DNA of 64,000 bases, from the NCBI GenBank assembly GCA_963748015.1, contig CAVVHE010000006.1, positions 160,001-224,000 of the forward strand, given 5' to 3'. Each line of letters starts with the position of its first letter. Positions within the stretch are counted from its first letter, which is position 1. Source of the DNA: Terriglobia bacterium. GTDB taxonomy: Bacteria; Acidobacteriota; Polarisedimenticolia; Polarisedimenticolales; JAIQFR01. Both the position numbers and the translations under genes were made by a program. A model generated the notes under the pieces. The model searched no databases. It was not told the DNA's origin and saw only the letters and a list, made by a program, of their open reading frames with translations. Shown here in pieces: positions 60,111-64,000 of the stretch.

Positions 60111-60869
60111 ATGAAAGCAACGACGCTTCGGCTACCGGCCCGCCTAGGGCTGCTGCTTCTCCTGTCTCTCCTGGTCATCGCGCCCGGCGTCGCGTCGGGG
60201 CAGGCTGCCGACGCTCCGAAGAACTCGCATGCGAGGCGCTACGGTGGAGGTTGGGACTGCGATCGCGGCTACCGGATGGTGGACCTGTCGTGCGTGGCGA
60301 TCACGGTGCCGTCCAACGCCCGTTTGGACCCGTTCGGGAGCGGATGGGAGTGCAACCGGGGCTACCTCGAGGATCGCGGGGCGTGCTCTCGCGTCAAGGT
60401 GCCGCCGAACGCCTTCCTGGATTCGTTCGGTCGCGGATGGGAATGCGATCGGGGATACCGTGCCACCGGTCAGGCTTGCGTTCCCGTCTCCGTGCCCGCG
60501 CATGGGTACCTCGACGCGAGCGGACAGGGCTGGACTTGCGACCGCGGCCATCGGAAGGTCGGCGAGGCCTGCCAGGCCGTCGTGGTGCCGGCGAACGCCT
60601 ACCTCGACTCTCCCGGCGACAAATGGGAATGCGCTCGCGGATTCCGGCGAAGCGGCGAGGCCTGCGCGTCCGTCTCGCTACCCTCCAACGCATTCCTCGC
60701 TCGCTCGGGAAACGACTGGGAATGCGCTCGCGGCTACAAGAAGATCGGAAGCTCGTGCGTCGCCGTGACCCTTCCCCTGAACGCGCACCTCGACTACTCC
60801 GGCAACGACTGGATCTGCGATGCCGGATTCGAACGCTCGCTCGAGGACTGCGCGGTGAGGAAGAACTAG
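60111..60869 (+). CDS. Secreted Cys-rich repeat protein (7 x ~31 aa WxCxxG(Y/F/H) repeats)
   Basis: Signal peptide, then W.C.RG.....C..V.(V/L)P.NA.LD..G repeated seven times (last copy partial). Confidence 0.85.
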   Translation: MKATTLRLPARLGLLLLLSLLVIAPGVASGQAADAPKNSHARRYGGGWDCDRGYRMVDLSCVAITVPSNARLDPFGSGWECNRGYLEDRGACSRVKVPPNAFLDSFGRGWECDRGYRATGQACVPVSVPAHGYLDASGQGWTCDRGHRKVGEACQAVVVPANAYLDSPGDKWECARGFRRSGEACASVSLPSNAFLARSGNDWECARGYKKIGSSCVAVTLPLNAHLDYSGNDWICDAGFERSLEDCAVRKN

Positions 60870-61057
60870 CGCGCGTTGCTCGCGAAGGCTCGCGGCGAGA
60901 CCCCTTATCTGGCCGTCCCTCCGGGCGTGGGGTTCGCTTTCTCCGCTGCGGAGCGGCTGGCGGGCCGTTCTCTTCCTCTCGAGGAGACGCTCTCCGTCGC
61001 GCGGCCCGCCGTGCTCTGCCCCCGCCCCGGAAGAGTCCCGAGTACGCCATGGAAAAG

Positions 61058-61080
61058 AAATAACCCCATTGGGGTTGTTT
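61058..61080. promoter_or_regulatory. AT-flanked palindrome (operator or terminator)
   Basis: AAATAACCCCA-T-TGGGGTTGTTT (10/11 paired), followed by TTGTTGTATAT, 85 bp upstream of the next gene. Confidence 0.5.
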
Positions 61081-61164
61081 TTGTTGTATATAGCCCGCAC
61101 CCGCTGCTCGTCGGGGCGATCGCGAACGCCGTCCGGCGAAAAACGGTAGGACTGGAGGACGGCG

Positions 61165-64000
61165 GTGCGCGTACCACGCCCCCTTCGTGCGGTCGGCCTC
61201 GCCGTTCTCGTCTTCTCGGGATGTCTGGCGGCCGCCCCCGCGCGCGCGGTGTGCCGGGACGGGAGCCCGGTGAACTTCGCGATCACGATCGACGAGGCCC
61301 GCGTGCTCACGGACATCGAGGGGCTCCTCATGGGGAACCCCGAGCCGTATCTCATGGTGTCCGTCGACGGCGCGCTGCAGTGCGCCATGCCCCGCGCGAG
61401 CGCTCCGAGCACTCCCGCGATCTCGAACTACGTCTGCACCGTCACCCGCTCGACACTCGAACCGTTCGAGGTGTGGGTCGTGATGCGGGAGTACGATTCC
61501 GGCGGGGGCGGCGGCGACGACCTGCTCGACGTCATCCCCGGCCCGGCCACCGGCCTCCGCTTCGTTTACGATCCGCAGTGCGACATCATCAGCGAGAAGG
61601 ACCCCGGCGAGATCCCGACCTGCCCCGCCGGGAACAAATCGGCCTCGTGCCGGGGGTCGAGCCCGCACGCGGTGCAGGGGACCGGTTCCGGGGCCGACGG
61701 CCCCGGCCGGATCACCTTCCGGATCGGACCTTCCGACGGCATCCCGATGGTGGAGCACAGCGTCAGCGTGACGGGTGTCGAGCCCGTGCAGGTGGCGCCG
61801 ACGATCCAGGGGCTGATCGCGGATCGCCCGGCGATCGTCAGGATGTCCCTCGGCAGCTCCCACGACGCCCCCGTGACGGCAACGGTCCGCGTCACGGTCC
61901 GCGACAAGGCCGGCAATGTCTTCACCGATGAGAAGGTGGTTCCCTTGCCGGCGTGCAGCACGACCCCGAACGTGAACATGTTCCTCGCCGGCTGGGACGG
62001 CGGGACGGCCAACGGCTTCCGGCCGCAGGACGGGATACTGAACAACATGGTGATCACCACGGAGGTGGACCCCGCGGTGGATTGCTCCCCGATCCCGTGC
62101 CAGCCCACCGACTGCCGCGTCGTCGACAACCGGCAGCAGTTCGACGCGATCCCACTGGTGCTCGGGCGCGATCTGCGGGTCGTGTTCCAGCCGTTCTTCG
62201 ATCCCGACCCGTTCAGGTTCGAATGTCTGGACTTCGTCGCCGGAGGATCCGATACAAGTGCGCTGAGGGACGCCGCGTTGCCCGTCCTCCGAGACCTCTT
62301 CCCCGTCCACGGTGTCGACGCGTCGAGCACGGGGATCCCGATGCCTCTCCCGACCTTGGGCGGGATCCTCGGGTTCTTGGGCTGTCCTCACATTTCGCTG
62401 CCGCTTCTCGATCTCCCGTACATGATCGCCGGCTGGGACAACGCGGAGGGAGTCGTCCTACCGGGTTACTTCGACTGCGATTTCCCCATCTGCAGCCTCG
62501 CAGGCGGATTCTCGGGCGCCTCGATGCCGCCGGTATCGAGGGTCTCGGTGATGGAAGCACGGGCCGGCGCGATCCCGAGCGAGGTCGCGCCCCACGAGAT
62601 CGGACACACGTACGGACTCTCGGAGGCCGCGTGTCCCCTGGGAATCGGGTCGGGGATCGCGTGCCTCGACGAGTACAATTTCGGCCCGGCGTCGGACGGG
62701 TTCCCGGGAGCCGGGTTCCAGGTGCTGGGCCCTCTGGCCGATCCCAACGGGGCGGGAAACAACCGGGACGGGCGCCCCTGCCTGATGGGAGTCTCTCCGA
62801 TCGGCCCGCCGTACCACTGGATCGAGCCGGCGGAATACAACTCGCTGCTCGCGCGCATGACCGAGGCGACCCCGGAGGTCTCCCTGTTCGTTCGCATGAC
62901 GCTGTCTCGCGGTGGTGGAGGTTCGTTCGTCGCCGACGAGACGTCTCGCGTCACGACGCGGCCGAGGCTGTTCTTGGACGCCGCCGCCGCCCGCGACCCG
63001 CTCCGCTACTCGACCTCGCTCGTCTTCCGCGACGCGGCCGCCGCGGTGCTCTCGTCGGCAAGCTTCACCCCGGAGTCCGTGGATACCGACGGGGACGGAA
63101 TCCTGGACGCGTTCGGCGTTCCCCACGGGGACGGCGTTTCCGACAGCGTGGAGCACTCGGTCGTCGTCCCGCTACCCGCCGGCGCCGCGAGCATCGACCT
63201 GGTGCGCCGAAGGTACGAGGGCGACTTGGTCCACGAGACGACCGTCGACACGATGGCGATCGTTTCGGAGCCGATCGTGGGCACGCTGGTTTCTCCCCCG
63301 AGCTCCTTCTTCGCCCTCCACGGCGAGATGATCCGGATTCACTGGCGGTTCGGGCCCCCATTCCCCGCCGGCAGAGCGGCGACCGACACGCCGCGTCCCG
63401 TGCTCTCGTACCTCTTCGCCAGCCCCGACAACGGCGCGAATTGGTTCCCGATGGCGATCCGCTTGGCCGGGACGAGCTACGATTGGACGGTCCCCGAGGA
63501 CGGGCGCTACCTGCTTCGCGTCTTCGGCACGAACGGCTTCGACACCGCCGACGATGCGGCCGAGCTCGACTCGGACGCGGACGGCTGCGGCAACGGCGTC
63601 GATCCCTCGCCCAAGCAGCCCGATCCCGACGGCCAGGACGCCGACGGCGTCGCGACCGTGTGCGACAACTGCCCGGCCGTGCACAACCCGTCGCAGGAGG
63701 ATAACGACCTCGACGGGGTCGGGGACGCCTGCGACAACTGCGCGGTCGTGGCCAACCCGAGCCAGGCCGACGCGGACCAGGACGCTCACGGCGACGCGTG
63801 CGACTGCGCGGTCCAGGATCCCGAAACGTGGGCCGCGCCGGGCCAGGCGACGGGGATGCTCGCCGGCCGCTCGGCACAGGGACCGGACTACGTCGATCTC
63901 CAGTGGGACTCGCTCGTGTCACAAGCGGGGCCGTCTGTGAGGTACGACGTCCTCGCGGGAAGCCTCGGGCTCCTTTCGGGCACTTCGCGGTTCTCGGACG
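61165..64000 (+). CDS. Large secreted protein with HExGH zinc-peptidase motif and thrombospondin type-3 repeats (3'-truncated)
   Basis: Absent from the ORF track because it has no stop in the window. GGAGG RBS, GTG start, signal peptide MRVPRPLRAVGLAVLVFSGCLAAAPARA, HEIGHTYGL near 62593, DADGVATVCDNCP..DGVGDACDNC repeats near 63640-63810. Confidence 0.85.
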   Translation, partial: MRVPRPLRAVGLAVLVFSGCLAAAPARAVCRDGSPVNFAITIDEARVLTDIEGLLMGNPEPYLMVSVDGALQCAMPRASAPSTPAISNYVCTVTRSTLEPFEVWVVMREYDSGGGGGDDLLDVIPGPATGLRFVYDPQCDIISEKDPGEIPTCPAGNKSASCRGSSPHAVQGTGSGADGPGRITFRIGPSDGIPMVEHSVSVTGVEPVQVAPTIQGLIADRPAIVRMSLGSSHDAPVTATVRVTVRDKAGNVFTDEKVVPLPACSTTPNVNMFLAGWDGGTANGFRPQDGILNNMVITTEVDPAVDCSPIPCQPTDCRVVDNRQQFDAIPLVLGRDLRVVFQPFFDPDPFRFECLDFVAGGSDTSALRDAALPVLRDLFPVHGVDASSTGIPMPLPTLGGILGFLGCPHISLPLLDLPYMIAGWDNAEGVVLPGYFDCDFPICSLAGGFSGASMPPVSRVSVMEARAGAIPSEVAPHEIGHTYGLSEAACPLGIGSGIACLDEYNFGPASDGFPGAGFQVLGPLADPNGAGNNRDGRPCLMGVSPIGPPYHWIEPAEYNSLLARMTEATPEVSLFVRMTLSRGGGGSFVADETSRVTTRPRLFLDAAAARDPLRYSTSLVFRDAAAAVLSSASFTPESVDTDGDGILDAFGVPHGDGVSDSVEHSVVVPLPAGAASIDLVRRRYEGDLVHETTVDTMAIVSEPIVGTLVSPPSSFFALHGEMIRIHWRFGPPFPAGRAATDTPRPVLSYLFASPDNGANWFPMAIRLAGTSYDWTVPEDGRYLLRVFGTNGFDTADDAAELDSDADGCGNGVDPSPKQPDPDGQDADGVATVCDNCPAVHNPSQEDNDLDGVGDACDNCAVVANPSQADADQDAHGDACDCAVQDPETWAAPGQATGMLAGRSAQGPDYVDLQWDSLVSQAGPSVRYDVLAGSLGLLSGTSRFSD

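Noticed and set aside
61091..61099. TAGCCCGCA as a partner end for the motif at 21647-21666
   Set aside because: The match is only 9 bp, 40 kb away and outward-facing; compatible with chance.

Overview
GC-rich, gene-dense bacterial chromosome window with about 50 CDS. No rRNA, tRNA, CRISPR array or intact transposase is visible. The gene content suggests Acidobacteriota, but this is inferred, not proven: Ser/Thr kinase-TolB propeller fusions, BlaI/M56, and Cys-rich exported proteins with TSP3/DUF11 domains. 1-20.3 kb is an almost purely envelope-targeted cluster: a signal-peptide glutaminase, an amidohydrolase, two DcaP-like porins, a DUF3011-porin fusion, several beta-barrels, a patatin-POTRA-barrel, DUF3300 and DUF2950. 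20.3-21.7 kb holds an AbiEii-type toxin-antitoxin pair and a decayed gene remnant. 21.7-25.3 kb holds two c-type cytochromes divergent from a PNPOx-like gene and a PNPOx-GAF-wHTH regulator. The remainder includes four membrane Ser/Thr kinases, two PP2C phosphatases, a class V aminotransferase, a TonB-dependent receptor, blaI with a frameshifted M56 sensor, uup, an RRM protein, bactofilin and large secreted proteins. Two non-genic signals stand out. (i) A nested 24+24-bp REP-like element is inserted in frame at the same kinase loop in two divergent paralogs (30835-30882 and 55109-55156). (ii) A 166-bp MITE-like element (35764-35929) has an internal 29-mer that recurs, inverted, as the RBS and start codon of the upstream aminotransferase gene. 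Domain names come from motif recognition by eye, not from database searches.
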